Origin: Paraphysomonas bandaiensis
Lineage: Eukaryota; Protista; Chrysophyceae
DNA: 64,000 nucleotides
Reading direction: 5' to 3'
Assembly: GCA_965644295.1 (NCBI GenBank)
Contig: CBFFRP010000296.1
Span: forward strand, 1 to 64,000
The stretch's first letter is position 1, and each line of letters starts with the position of its first letter. A model generated the notes under the pieces. It saw only the letters and a list, made by a program, of their open reading frames with translations. It made no database searches and was not told where the DNA came from. Shown piece after piece: positions 38,779-50,496 of this stretch. The position numbers and the translations under genes were made by a program.

Positions 38779-38804
38779 CAGCAGCAGCAGCAGCAGCAGC
38801 AGCA
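38779..38804. repeat. (CAG)8 microsatellite in the NDUFAF8/NAR1 divergent promoter
   Basis: Direct reading. Confidence 0.9.
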
Positions 38805-38936
38805 CACAGGAAGGATCAGTGGAAGCATGTCTGTGTGTATGCTATGTGGGCTCAGCTCAGTTTGAGGTAGAAACTTCTGGCTCCTCCACATACAAAAGAG
38901 GCTCGAATAGTATCGACCTCTAAAGTGTTTGCTATC

Positions 38937-40877
38937 ATGTCAGTGTTTGTTAACAATCTCGATGATTTTATTGCGCCCTCTCAAGCGTGTGTCAATCCAC
39001 TGGTTGCTGATAAACTATCAGCCTCAAAGGGATCGGGAACGGCCAAAATAAGCCTCGAGTCCGATTTTTCAACATCAGAATTCGACTTCACAACAAAACC
39101 TGATTTAATAAAATCGAAAGGATCGAGTACTGTTGCAACAGTATCTTTGAATGATTGTTTGGCCTGCAGGTACGTGTGCTGAGAGCGTCTCTGTCCTATC
39201 TTTACCTGACATCCACTGCAGTGGGTGTGTAACATCTGCAGAGGCAGTCTTAATCGAACAGCAAAATTATGAAAGGCTTTTTAATGTGCTCAGCGAAGGG
39301 GAGAAATGTGTCATTGTGACGATATCTCCTCAAACTGTGGCATCGATTGCAGCCCTTTTGGACGTTCCACGACGAGAGGCTTTTTTGCATCTCGCACAAT
39401 ACCTCAAATCTATTGGAGTCAAATATGTACTTGATGCATCTGCGGCAGGTGACATTGCACTTATTGAGGCTCGCGAAGAGTTCGTTCGCAGGTGAAGTTG
39501 AGTTTTTACCGCCGAGTATAATTTTATTGTATAGGTGGGAGAATGGTCGCAGTGTTCAGTGGTCAGCTCCTACTACCACAACTGCAATTTCTAGTACTCG
39601 CGTGCAACTTGGATCTGGTGTACAAGGAACTGTTGTGCCAATCGACACTTTGCGGAATAATGCCTCACTGCCAATGTTTGACTCCCACTGCCCTGGGTGG
39701 GTTTGCTATGCGGAGAAGACTCAACCGCAATGTATTCCTTATATGAGCACGACCAAAAGCGCCCAACAGATTTGTGGTGCGCTATTTAAACAAGTATTAT
39801 ACAGGGACATGCAAGTGACTCCCACTGATATATTCCACGTCTCGATACAGCCATGTTTCGACAAAAAGCTTGAAGCCTCCAGACTGGTAAGTAAGAGTTC
39901 TCAGATAACACCGTTATATTTCTCTTTGCGACCGTCTACACATTAGTGCATATATATACTTATTGAATTATAGTGGTGTGTTTAAAAGACGTAACCGTAT
40001 TGTGCGCCATGCTCAGCTATGTGCTCTGCACATGTTATTCACACTTCAACTTGTGCAGGACTTCTATCATGAGTCAGAAGGAGTGCACGAGGTGGATCTT
40101 GTCCTGTCTACCACCGAACTCTGGCACATGGTGGAATTCACTGCCAGTAATCAGGGGGACTTTGACGACAACAACCTTGCTATGGATGTGGAAGGCTCTG
40201 CAGCAGATGCACCTAGTTTGACAGACACTACTTCTGGAGCACGGAGGTATTTATCTGATCTCGCTCCCGATAACCCAACAGGGCGTGATCCCCTGGAAGG
40301 AATGTTTCGAAGTTTCTCGCTGGACGGCCAAACAGTTGTTTCGGCCGTGGATTCTAATGCAGGTTCGGGCGGATTAGCTGAGTACCTTTTCCGCTATATG
40401 TTTCAAAAGCTACATGGAAGGTGTTTGGCGAGTGAGCAGATAACTTACACTCAAGGAAGAAATGCCGACATATGTGAAGCGGTGTTGGATTCTCCTGAGG
40501 GAACATCTGTTCCGCCAATAGTATTTGCACGTGTATATGGCTTCCGGAATATTCAGAGTCTTATGCTGAAGATGAAACGCGGCAGGGCCAATTACGACTT
40601 CGTTGAAGTCATGGCTTGTCCCAGTGGGTGTGTCAATGGTGGTGGTCAAATCAAGACTAAGTCTTCTGAACATCCAAAGGAAACATCAGAACGAGTAGCG
40701 AGAACATCGTCTTATTTTCATAATGGCCTCGTTACCCGCAGCCCAGATGATAGCCCATTAGCCCAATATGTATATTCTAATAGCTTTGGGTCCGATATGC
40801 ACAAACATCTCTTTCATACCTGCTACCATGCTATTCCTAAGTTGGAGGTAATAGCACCACTTGCTTCTAAGTGGTGA
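38937..40877 (+). CDS. NAR1: Cytosolic Fe-S assembly factor NAR1/CIAO3 ([FeFe]-hydrogenase-like), 4 exons
   Basis: LDDFIAPSQAC, VSLNDCLACSGCVTSAE, SHCPGWVCYAEK, IQPCFDKKLEASR, YGFRNIQ, VEVMACPSGCVNGGGQ, and the terminal W. Confidence 0.95.
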
Positions 40878-41176
40878 TGTTATAGCTCGCGGGATATAGC
40901 CGCCATGTACTCAGTAGTACTTATGTTTTTGCAGATATTAAGAACTAAACCATATATTTTACGGAGGAGCACAGCGGACATGCGCTTCATACAAATGCTA
41001 ATAAACGCTTTCTATTCGAAGACGAGTAAGATATGGATGCGATATTTATTTACTTTATATTTATCTCATTTGAGAATAAGGTCAGTTCCTAAATCCTCAC
41101 GCCGCAGTGCATTGAATGTCGACCTTTATGTTGTGTAGATATTAGAAACTAGACCTTATATTTTCCGGAGGAGCAC

Positions 41177-41460
41177 CAGGCTGCCTATCAATTAAGTGTC
41201 AATTATTGACAGCGAATAATAATTTCAATTATGTCTGACTACAGCATGCTTCAATTATGGATAAAGAATACCATCAATTTGACACTGGCAAGGTATAATT
41301 AGATAATTAGAGCGCATATATTAGATTTTACGCATGAATCGTAGCCTCTGGTATAAAATGGCGAAATGACAGTTGAGAAGCTATGTTGGCAGCTAATGTG
41401 GATGGTTACTTGAGTTCGTAGTTCAGTATCAACAAATTTCAATTAATAATTGACTGCAAT
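41177..41460 (+). mobile_element. Degenerate hAT remnant (family of 57082-58265)
   Basis: Starts CAGG(G)CTGCCTATCAATTAA like the TIR at 58265. 41335-41400 matches ~58073-58130. Confidence 0.6.
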
Positions 41461-41600
41461 AGCGGGGATGGTTGCACTTTGGTGCTCACGGTGACGCACA
41501 GATAGCACTAAATAGTAGTAAATTAGCGTAGGCAATTATTAGATTATTTCAATTAAGTAGCTCCTTTCTTACACGTCTACTGCTAACTGCTAACAACACG
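41460..41600 (+). mobile_element. Diverged LINE 3'-tail copy
   Basis: TGGTTGCACTTTGGTGCTCACGGTGACGCAC...TTACACGTCTACTGCTAA homologous to 36507-36697. Confidence 0.65.
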
Positions 41601-41699
41601 ACGTTCCATATGAAAGCTGAGTATCAGATTACAGGAAATAATTTGATCTCGGGGTTTGACAGTAAATGTGGAGTTAAAAATTGACAGGCTCACACCATT

Positions 41700-42350
41700 A
41701 TTCTTGTATATTCTAAGAGCTTTTTGGATATATTTGAAATACAGTACAGCATCAACGATCGAAGTATATTGAGATTAAGTATCATATGATTAGAGAGCAT
41801 CTTGCTCCCGAACAGTTAAATTAACTCATGTGAGCAGTCGACAACAGATGGTTGATATATACACGAAGGCTTTGTGTGGCCTAGTATTTATTGAACAGTA
41901 CAAATGTTGCAGAGGTACCCAAGGTGAAAGGTGAATGTATGGTGGGAGCTAGCAATTCCAGCAAGTCATACGTCCAACTGTGTCCTATTATGAGGTTTGG
42001 TGGTTGCGTAACCTATAGCAATGTTCATCACAGATTTTAGAGTAGGTTACTACATCCAAATTGAGCGGGAGTGCAGAGTTCGAAGTGAGTTAATAGTTAA
42101 TAGTGTGCAATACGTGAAATCAACTCATAGGTGTAACGTGTAACGGGTAAATATAGTTACAAAAGAAAGTAAATTCCGTTACTAATGCGTGCCTATGAAT
42201 GATATAGGATTAACTGGTGAACAGAAGTGTTCACATGTTACATGAATATTATTATAATTCTTACTTGAAAGCACGTTGTGTGCAACAAAGCAAGTTTAAG
42301 GTTACGTGTACAGCAAGGGTAGCTTCAGTGTAATGTCCAATTCTAACAAA
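41700..42350 (+). mobile_element. Copia 3' remnant: RNase H end, PPT and 3' LTR
   Basis: HQRSKYIEIKYHMIREH and MVDIYTKAL, purine tract GAGCGGGAG at ~42063, then LTR-family sequence. Confidence 0.75.
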
Positions 42351-42405
42351 CTGAACGAGGAAACGGCAATAACCTGTTCGGGCATCATTAGACACCGGAC
42401 TAGAA

Positions 42406-45029
42406 TTATGCATTTGTCCACTCCCCCTTAAGGTAACGCACCCACATATCCAAGGCAACTTCGGGCTTATACGTAGGTACCTGTACAATGACAACAACAG
42501 CGTATTCATAAAAGTTCTAGCAAGTAAATGAGATGCATTGCGTACCTCATGTCCTGCGCCATGTACTGTAAGAAAGCCGAGCTTCGTATTCTTCCATTGG
42601 GTAAAGTACCCCGCAGTTTGCTCGGCCACTGCTCAACAATCAGCGCATTGTGAGTCCACATATTAACATAGACATATAAATAGCTTTATGAAACATCACA
42701 CAATGCATACGCATAAGGGGCAGAGAAAGTAACAAAGAAAAGTAATACCTGTATACGTCTCCCACATCCTGCCATCAATTTCATACCCTAGATCCCAGAT
42801 CCAGTCTTGCGTGCCCACTGTTCCACACACACTGTCGTCGTCTCCAGAGTAAACCAATATATTTAGTCCATAGTCACCATCAATGAGGTAGTTGTATATG
42901 GGTGTCATGGAAACAACGCCATCTGTGGCCTTGTATCTGCGCAGTATCACAGTCATACGGGAAGCAAGGTCTGTTACTGATGTATATACGTGACAAACAC
43001 GGCCATAGAGATGACAAGTTGGTGCTTGTCTGCATCTCGAATTTCGATTCAAAACTCGCTAGAGACTATTTCACTAACTAACTAACTATGCGCAGCTGCG
43101 GCAGGCGAAACTCAGTACTGTGTAGTATACGTACCTGATGGTGTAACTGCATTGCATCCACTTGATATCACTCTTAACATGCATTGCTGCCTTGACCTCT
43201 GGGAGATTCAAATAGGTCTGTGTGTAGTCGTCCTCACAAGGTTGATAATCGTCAGTACTTTCACCTAGACCATAAGAACCTCGCAGTTCCTTGGAGCTGT
43301 TGCTTAGCAAGTGGTTAAGAAACCAATAACGTTGCATGCGGCCACGAGCCTTCAACGAGTCTTTCACGCATACAGGATAGTCAAGAGCTGAATAAATAGT
43401 CATCATTGTAGTGGTTATCGGTATACGGTTCAAAGCAACAACACGATGCACGTCAGACAAAGAATATTTTGCCAAGAGAAGCATAATGATTACCATAAGG
43501 GTTGAGGTTTCCGACTTGTCTTTGCATTTGAATAAAAAGCACCTCACACTCTGCCAACTAAGCGTATAGAAGTGAAAACGATCCATGCGCAAGATATATA
43601 TATCTAATAGTGAATACCTTCACTTATATACTGATGAGTACGGTGGAACTTACATTAGGTCTTTTCGAATTTAGACATTGATTATTGTAGGAATCCCACG
43701 TAGGCTTCGCGACGAGTTGATGTCCCCAAAACGTAGCAAGGCCAGCTGGCATGCCTGTAGACATCGTTAGCTCCACTTTATGGCGTGATGTACAGCGTTG
43801 AATATTAATCGCTATACCCATATGCACTGTATTTCTACAATGAATACCTGAGTAAAACGTAGTGAATGGATTTCCGACAGCAAATCCCTTGAAGTTAAGG
43901 GGAGGGTTATTTCCAGCAGAGTTCTGGTCAACTATCTCCTTTGCGAGAGTGGGCATATCTGAAATGCGATGTCTATCATTATATCCAGGCAATATGATCG
44001 TGAGATACTATGCAACTTACAGTGTCCCCCATATGATTCCGAGGAAATATACATATCATTCTTAGAGTATTCGGGAAATCTCTTGAAAAAGGCTTGGATG
44101 AGTGCGTAGTTGTCAGCGGCCGTGGACGCGTCGTCAGCCTCATAGTCCGCGGAATTATCGGAATAAGAGAATCCCACTCCACATGGAGACTCGATAAAAA
44201 CCATATTGGCAACCTGTATAAATATATAGACACACAAACACCACTGTCAGTAAATAAACAAAAGCGTGGAGATAGTTAACTTCATAATTAGTTCAGTGCT
44301 GGTATCACCTGATTCCATGCAAACTCGTTGAAACTAAGAGACATATCAGCGTTTGGTTGAAAGGGACCTTGCTCTGTAAAAAAACCTAGCAATCCCGAGC
44401 ACCCGGGGCCTCCTGTGTATCTTTATGTGAGTGTTCGCATCAGGCGATGGCGATTAAGTACCGTTAGTCCAGAAAGCGATCGGATCATTAGCAGGGTCTG
44501 ACATGGACTCCACCAACCAGTAGTGCATATTCTTGGTTGAATCAACTAAACTTCAAGTTAATACAGTGGTATGATATGAACTCCTCCCACTCACTCGTCA
44601 GATAGCCTGAAAACTGATTGAAGGTTACGTCCAGCTGCTCTGCTCCGGGAAGGTTGGTCACTTGGTCTTGCAGGGCTTCATCGGTGTACGCCTTAGCAGT
44701 GAGCGCATAGAGCGCAAAGAGGAAAGAAGCGACGATCATCTAATGGGGGTACCGTATCTTGTTGGAGAGATAATATCATTTGCTGAAACCATACATACAT
44801 ACATACATACATACATACATACATACATACATACATACATACATACATACATACATACATACATACATACATACATACATACATACATACATACATACAT
44901 ACATACATACATACATACATACATACATACATACATACATACATACATACATACATACATACATACATACATACATACATACATACATACATACATACAT
45001 ACATACATACATACATACATACATACCAT
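42406..45029 (-). CDS. Serine carboxypeptidase (peptidase S10), multi-exon, with signal peptide
   Basis: VTNLPG..FNQFSGYL, WTNGGPGCSG, ESPCGVGFSY, catalytic SESYGGH, GDDDSVC, HGAGHEVP; ends YLKGEWTNA* at 42406. Start is either 44739 or an upstream ATG at 45029 spliced over the microsatellite. Confidence 0.93.
44791..45026. repeat. (ATAC)59 tetranucleotide microsatellite
   Basis: Perfect 236-bp array, followed by the palindrome TATGTATATATATATACATA. Confidence 0.98.
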
Positions 45030-45429
45030 GTATGTATATATATATACATACATACTGATATATATACGCTGTATTCCACTGTATCATAAACCTACCGCTG
45101 TACGGTATAGTGTTGTATATTCTGTTGCTCATATGATGTCAGTGACGTTGCTCAAGTGTGCGTGCTGCTGATCGTGATGTCCAAATCCAATCAATCCTTC
45201 TGTGTAGAGGTATGCTGGTGTGCTGAGCTGCTTCAAAAAAGGTGTATGCGTGAAAATCTACACACAGAACAGCAGCATGATGTGTGATGGAGGATATGCT
45301 GTAGCCGTACCACTGTGCAGTGTTGTGGACTGATACACTGGGTAGGGTACACACCCACAAAACATTCGTGCTTGCAGTTGTAGACTCCTTATATATTAGG
45401 CTCTATCAGTTCAGTTGTTGCAGTTGAAG

Positions 45430-47281
45430 ATGCAAGACGGCGTGCATGCAGTTGAGGCGGTGGAGGAGCATGATCTCTGGGCAGGGTTCTCTGTGTCGTC
45501 CTGGTGCGATGCGGTTTCTCAGCCTGACTCCACCTTCTGGGAGCTCTACAAGTACACAACACAGCTGATTGAAGAGGAGCTGGCGATGGGTAACCATGAC
45601 ATCATCCTGGAAGTGGGATGCGGCACAGGAGAGCTCATCAGCAGCATTACAACTGATGTTCCACGAGTAGGGATTGATGTGGGTAGCATGAATATTTATG
45701 ACCGGGTCTAATGCTCTGTGTAGATTAACCCGAGATTTGTGGACTGGTGTCGCGGAAAGTATGCGAATATAGATTTCGAAGTTGTAGATGCAACAGAGTT
45801 AGTGACTTGGTGGAGAGAAAGTCCATATAAGAACTACAAATCTCCTCTTATACTCTGCTGCAACAACACCATGAATATTATACCTCCTTCAATTCGTTAT
45901 ACAGTTACGCAAGAGATGCGAAAATTATGTTCTCCTGCGGGTCGTGTTATGGTAAGCTTCTGGAATGGCCGTTACTTTTCACATGGTGTCATGGACTTTT
46001 ACTTACGGAACCCTGCGCTTTGTGGACCAGTAGATGTAACTACGGATATCAACTGGAAAACTAACACCCTTCTAACTAAATCTGGCTATCATACACAGTG
46101 GCTAAACCCGGAATGGGTCATGCGGCTTTTGAAATGCTATGATCTCGATCCGCAGTATTCTTCATGTCTCATTCCCGATGACTGCCTACTGACTCATGGC
46201 CTGGGAATATTTGTGTTTTTCTCCTGCAAAACATCTGGAGCTAGAGATCTTTATGATTCGGATGATGCCCAGATGTTTTACTCCCAGGTAAGATTTAGAT
46301 TGCAATCCCATTACGATGAGCAGATGTGATGCAGTGATAATGTGATGTATGTGCTGATCACACTTTCTAACTATATGTACTGTATTGCATATGAATGCAT
46401 GTTGTGCATTGAGGACGATATCCTATTCTTCTCGATTAATTCAGTTTTATATATTAAAGGTGTGGGGCGGGGGCACCATGCATCTTGGTCGGTATGAAGA
46501 TGTCCGTCTTTCGTCCGACCCGCACGTCTTATCTTCGCAAATTATAAACGCCCAAAACCTTCATGAAGCTGATTTTTGTGCGGCAGTAAAGGCCAAGATG
46601 GAACACTCTGAGGGACGCCCAATTCAATGCCGGGTCCTCGATATGGGATGTGGCTACGGCGGTTTACTCAGAAAGTTCAAAGACTACGGTTTTTTGCGGA
46701 ATGGGATTGGAATTGATTTCAGCGCTAAGATGTGTCAGCAGTGCATACTTAATAACCAACTGGCGTCTATGGGAGATGTAATCGACGTTCGTAATGAATC
46801 ATTCCTTGACACTTCTTTATACGAGGAGACTGTGGATGTGTGTGTCAGCATGGAGGCATTCCTTCACGTAGGCATAGAGCGACATGCTGCGGCACTAAAG
46901 GAAGCGCACAGAGTTCTACGCCCTGGGGGTTGGCTACTTTTTTCTGACATCCTCGAATGTCCTGGCGTAGATCGTGATGAAATCAGGCCCATATATGATG
47001 GATTACATGTTAAGAAGCTGGGAACTGTGGATGGTTATGTCAAATTAGCCGGGGAAATTGGATTCAGTGAGGTTTCATTCGAGTCGCATGCTCTGAATGT
47101 ACCAACCCATTATGAAGCTCTCCACGCTCTGGTGGTAGCATATCGAAATCATCCCGACCCTGCCAAGCGCCTACAAGCTTCTCCGGAGTTTTTGGAGAAT
47201 CAATTGGCTATCATGAAAGCGTGGGCTAACCTCTCTCCGGGGCGTATAGATTGGGGTATTTTTTATATGCGAAAGGTTTAA
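45430..47281 (+). CDS. Two-domain SAM N-methyltransferase (glycine/sarcosine/dimethylglycine MT-like), ~544 aa, 3 exons
   Basis: Exons 45430-45678, 45724-46287 and 46460-47281. Domain 1 ILEVGCGTG...GIDIN. Domain 2 has the SDMT-like LYDSDDAQMFYSQVWGG.TMHLGRY, VLDMGCGYGG, EAFLHV and RVLRPGG. Confidence 0.8.
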
Positions 47282-48557
47282 CCCGATGAGTGTATATGTG
47301 TTTCTGGGCGCGGCTGCGAACTTCCTAAGTAGAGATATACGAAAATAATGGATTTGTGTGATGAACGAGCCACAGCGTGGGTAGGAAGTGTATCAACGCA
47401 TTGCATGGTTGGTGTGCTTGAAGTAACCGCGCCGTAGCAGGGTAGAATTACTATCTGAGTTCCTCACTATCAATTTTGAAGGTGATTGCGCACTACACGT
47501 TTGTATTCTGTCGCACCTGTTTATGATCGTTTCTGGTTTATGTAGAAGACAGTTGTCAAACAATTCACATTTCAGATAACTAACTATTAAAGTGCTTTTC
47601 TATTAAGCTTTTGTTAATTATCAAGCTTTTCATAAAAGAATCGTAAACTGCATGTATTATTGATTTCCAGCGTAGCCACTGTTATACAGTCACACTAGAA
47701 CTTTATCAATGGAGACTACAGTTCTAAACGTTAGCGGAATGGGATATGAAAGAAAAGGAAAGTTCTAAATTTTCTTTAATTTTATTGATGCTTGCGTGTG
47801 TCTAGTAATCAGAATTGAAACAGCGATGGTGTTGGGCTCATCTTTCTAAGAAAAGAGTTAAATCTCAATACTCACTCGAAATTAACATATAAACCCTTCG
47901 TCAATTTTATATCATATATTTCTTGTAACCTTTCATCTATAATATCCTGCACAGACATAATATTTCAGTTTCTAGCTTCTCATTGCATCTATACCACTAC
48001 ACCACTACTTAATTTCGTAAATTGTATTCTTTTGGAAGCATTTGTAGCTATATACTACAGTGCGTATTGCGCATTTCACTCGAGCTTCATGTACTAAAGG
48101 TATAGATAAGAATCATTACGGAAATAATCACTAGGGTTGCGTAACAATTAATTGGTAAGAGGTTTCCAACAATAACAATTGCAATAATTAATCAACTATT
48201 GTACCTCTCAGTTGCAATAAACTTTGTTGCAGCTAGGTTCAATTTCTGCTAGTGACACCAATTAATGTCACAGGGCACATAACTGTCCAATTAATCCTAA
48301 CCCTAACCTTTTTCACTTTGTAAGCAGTGTTGCACCAGAAATAAATTCAACACAATTGAAGTCCAATCCCATTAACTATAACTCATCAAATAGATTTCCG
48401 ATTGATTCTGCTGTAAAATTAATGTCAGAACTTTTGTAGAACTTTGCCAACGATATTTGACATGTTTTCATTCTTGAGTTCCGATGTTGAAGTGTATACT
48501 GACCCCTGGCCCATATATGATTATTAATGATAAGGTAACTGTGCACATTGCACATAC

Positions 48558-48618
48558 TAGAGCCTTGTAACCGTTAATGGTAATGGCACTAATGGACATT
48601 AATGGTTGCCAGGCCCTG
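48558..48618. mobile_element. 61-bp hAT-type MITE made almost entirely of two TIRs
   Basis: TAGAGCCTTGTAACCGTTAATGG ... CATTAATGGTTGCCAGGCCCTG matches the TIR ending at 56906. Degenerate 8-bp TSD GCACATAC/CTACATAC. Confidence 0.7.
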
Positions 48619-50496
48619 CTACATACATCCTTGTTCTTCTATGCTAACTAATAATGGGGTTGTATCTATGATCAGTAGCTATACAGCTTAAGATGCTATA
48701 TAATAAAGCCAGCTCATTAAGTGGTGAGAGATATTTAATAAGAATAATTGTAATTATCATTTCAAACCAATTAATTTAACTAGCAATACGCAAGCCTGAT
48801 ATTTGCACTACTACCTAAATAGTTCGGTGCAATCAAAGCCTTGTTTTGTCTTTGAAACTGCATGTCTACGCACTAGCCAGAAATACAGTATATATAAATG
48901 CAAAGAAATTCCAGGGTAAGAATGTAATTTAGTCGACTGGAGATACAATGCTCCTTTCCCATCCAATCCAGCGGCACAATCCAGCCATACGGGAGAAGGT
49001 CTTGAATTACCAATTATTCTTCTAGGTCCACTGCGAACATATTCAATTTCAGAACTGTGGTCTCTCATTTTTAGGACCTTAAGTAACAATTCATATAAGT
49101 GGGTTACGACCTCTACTGCGATGAAATTCGAAAAAGATATCGTAAATGAATCAGCGCTAGCCATTACTGAAGACACCACACAAAAGCAAATGAGACTGCT
49201 GCAAGGCGCAAGCTACCAGGCGAAGATACAGAAAGTAGCTGAGATATCAAAGGATCTTTTGGACTTTTACCTTCAAAACAGGAGCTCTTTAAGAAATCAG
49301 TACTGCACAGGCACCACCTCGGATTTCGGTGAAACGTCTAGAGTAAAGTCAATTTGGATAAACTTCGACATTTTTCGCTCGATGTTTGGGGCTATGCAGT
49401 GATCATCAAAAGCCTTCTGTTCAATTCAGTAGCATCCAGCGCGTCGGAAAGTCATGACTCGGAGAAAGACAAGCGCCTACACGACTCTACACTACGAATC
49501 AACTCCTCTCCCTTCTTGGGGTCTATGCCTTATATTTCGTAAGGTTAAGTCAGTATAACATCTGCAGTCACACTACTAGAGTATAACAACACAGCATAGC
49601 ACCTCACAAGTACTTGACAGGGTTAGCATCACTGTAAGTTACTTCAGATTAGTCATAATATTTGTCAAGATGACACACTGGGGGCCAGGATAGAGTCAAA
49701 AATGCTTCCACATGTCAACGTATAACTAGAAAGTTTGTTTTCCTGCACGAAAATCTTCGAAGTATCATGAATCTTTCCGCCGTCATTCTTTTCGGTGGCA
49801 AACGGACTGATAAGCCACGGCTGCGGACACATCTTTATCATCATCAAATTACGATTTGACTCCGGGAGAAATATTTTGCTATCATCGAACTCCATAACTT
49901 AATCACTGACTAAAATTATCCCTTCTGGGCAGGAGATCGCAGCACAGTTGGATGAGGTGAGATAGGAGTACAGCAGAAGTCTATTGCGCTCTAAATCTAA
50001 AACCTCACGCAGAGGTTTTCAGAAAGGTACGATTTGTGGGTAGTTTTTTTTGTTAAGAACGTGTGTAAACCCCCATGGCTGGTAAAGTCCAGTAGAAGGA
50101 AGGCCTTGATGCACCCTTTCAATCAGCACTGTGGATGACAGTCATACAGACTCTACCTACAGAGTATACCTGTATACCTCGAGCATACATACGTATACCG
50201 ATCGTAGTCCGCTGTGTCGAGTATAGCGGTTGCACAACCAGCACAGCAGAGAGGCGGGTGTTTTATTGGGCTCAAGTGGGATGGAATTAATTCAGTTTGC
50301 AGGCGATCGTTCGGTTCGTGTATATACATACATACTCATATCCGGTGCGATAAATGGATGTGTTTTAGTTCCTCACGGCTGTCATTGGTGACATTAGTTC
50401 GAAGGCACTATCTATTATTAGGTTGGCATGTGTGATTATCTCTTACACGATTGGATTGATAATGTCTGACAGGTAGTTGAAGGTGCCACACTGAGA

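Noticed and set aside
38937-40877. True [FeFe]-hydrogenase (anaerobic metabolism)
   Set aside because: The N-terminal DDFI.PSQAC, the KKLEASR variant and the terminal Trp identify the ubiquitous NAR1/CIAO3.
40933-41177. ~40-bp imperfect direct repeat (~40933 and ~41137) downstream of NAR1
   Set aside because: Two diverged copies with no associated structure; likely an old local duplication.
44662-45171. (HTYI)n / (MYVC)n ORFs
   Set aside because: These are translations of the ATAC microsatellite.
48800-49550. Broken ORFs here and at 36750-37600, 54100-55620 and 63060-63500
   Set aside because: Multiple stops and frameshifts with no recognisable motif. Probably old TE or pseudogene debris; family not assignable.
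49665-50150. Divergent partner gene for IQCH
   Set aside because: Coding-like fragments, but in-frame stops and no consistent splice model.
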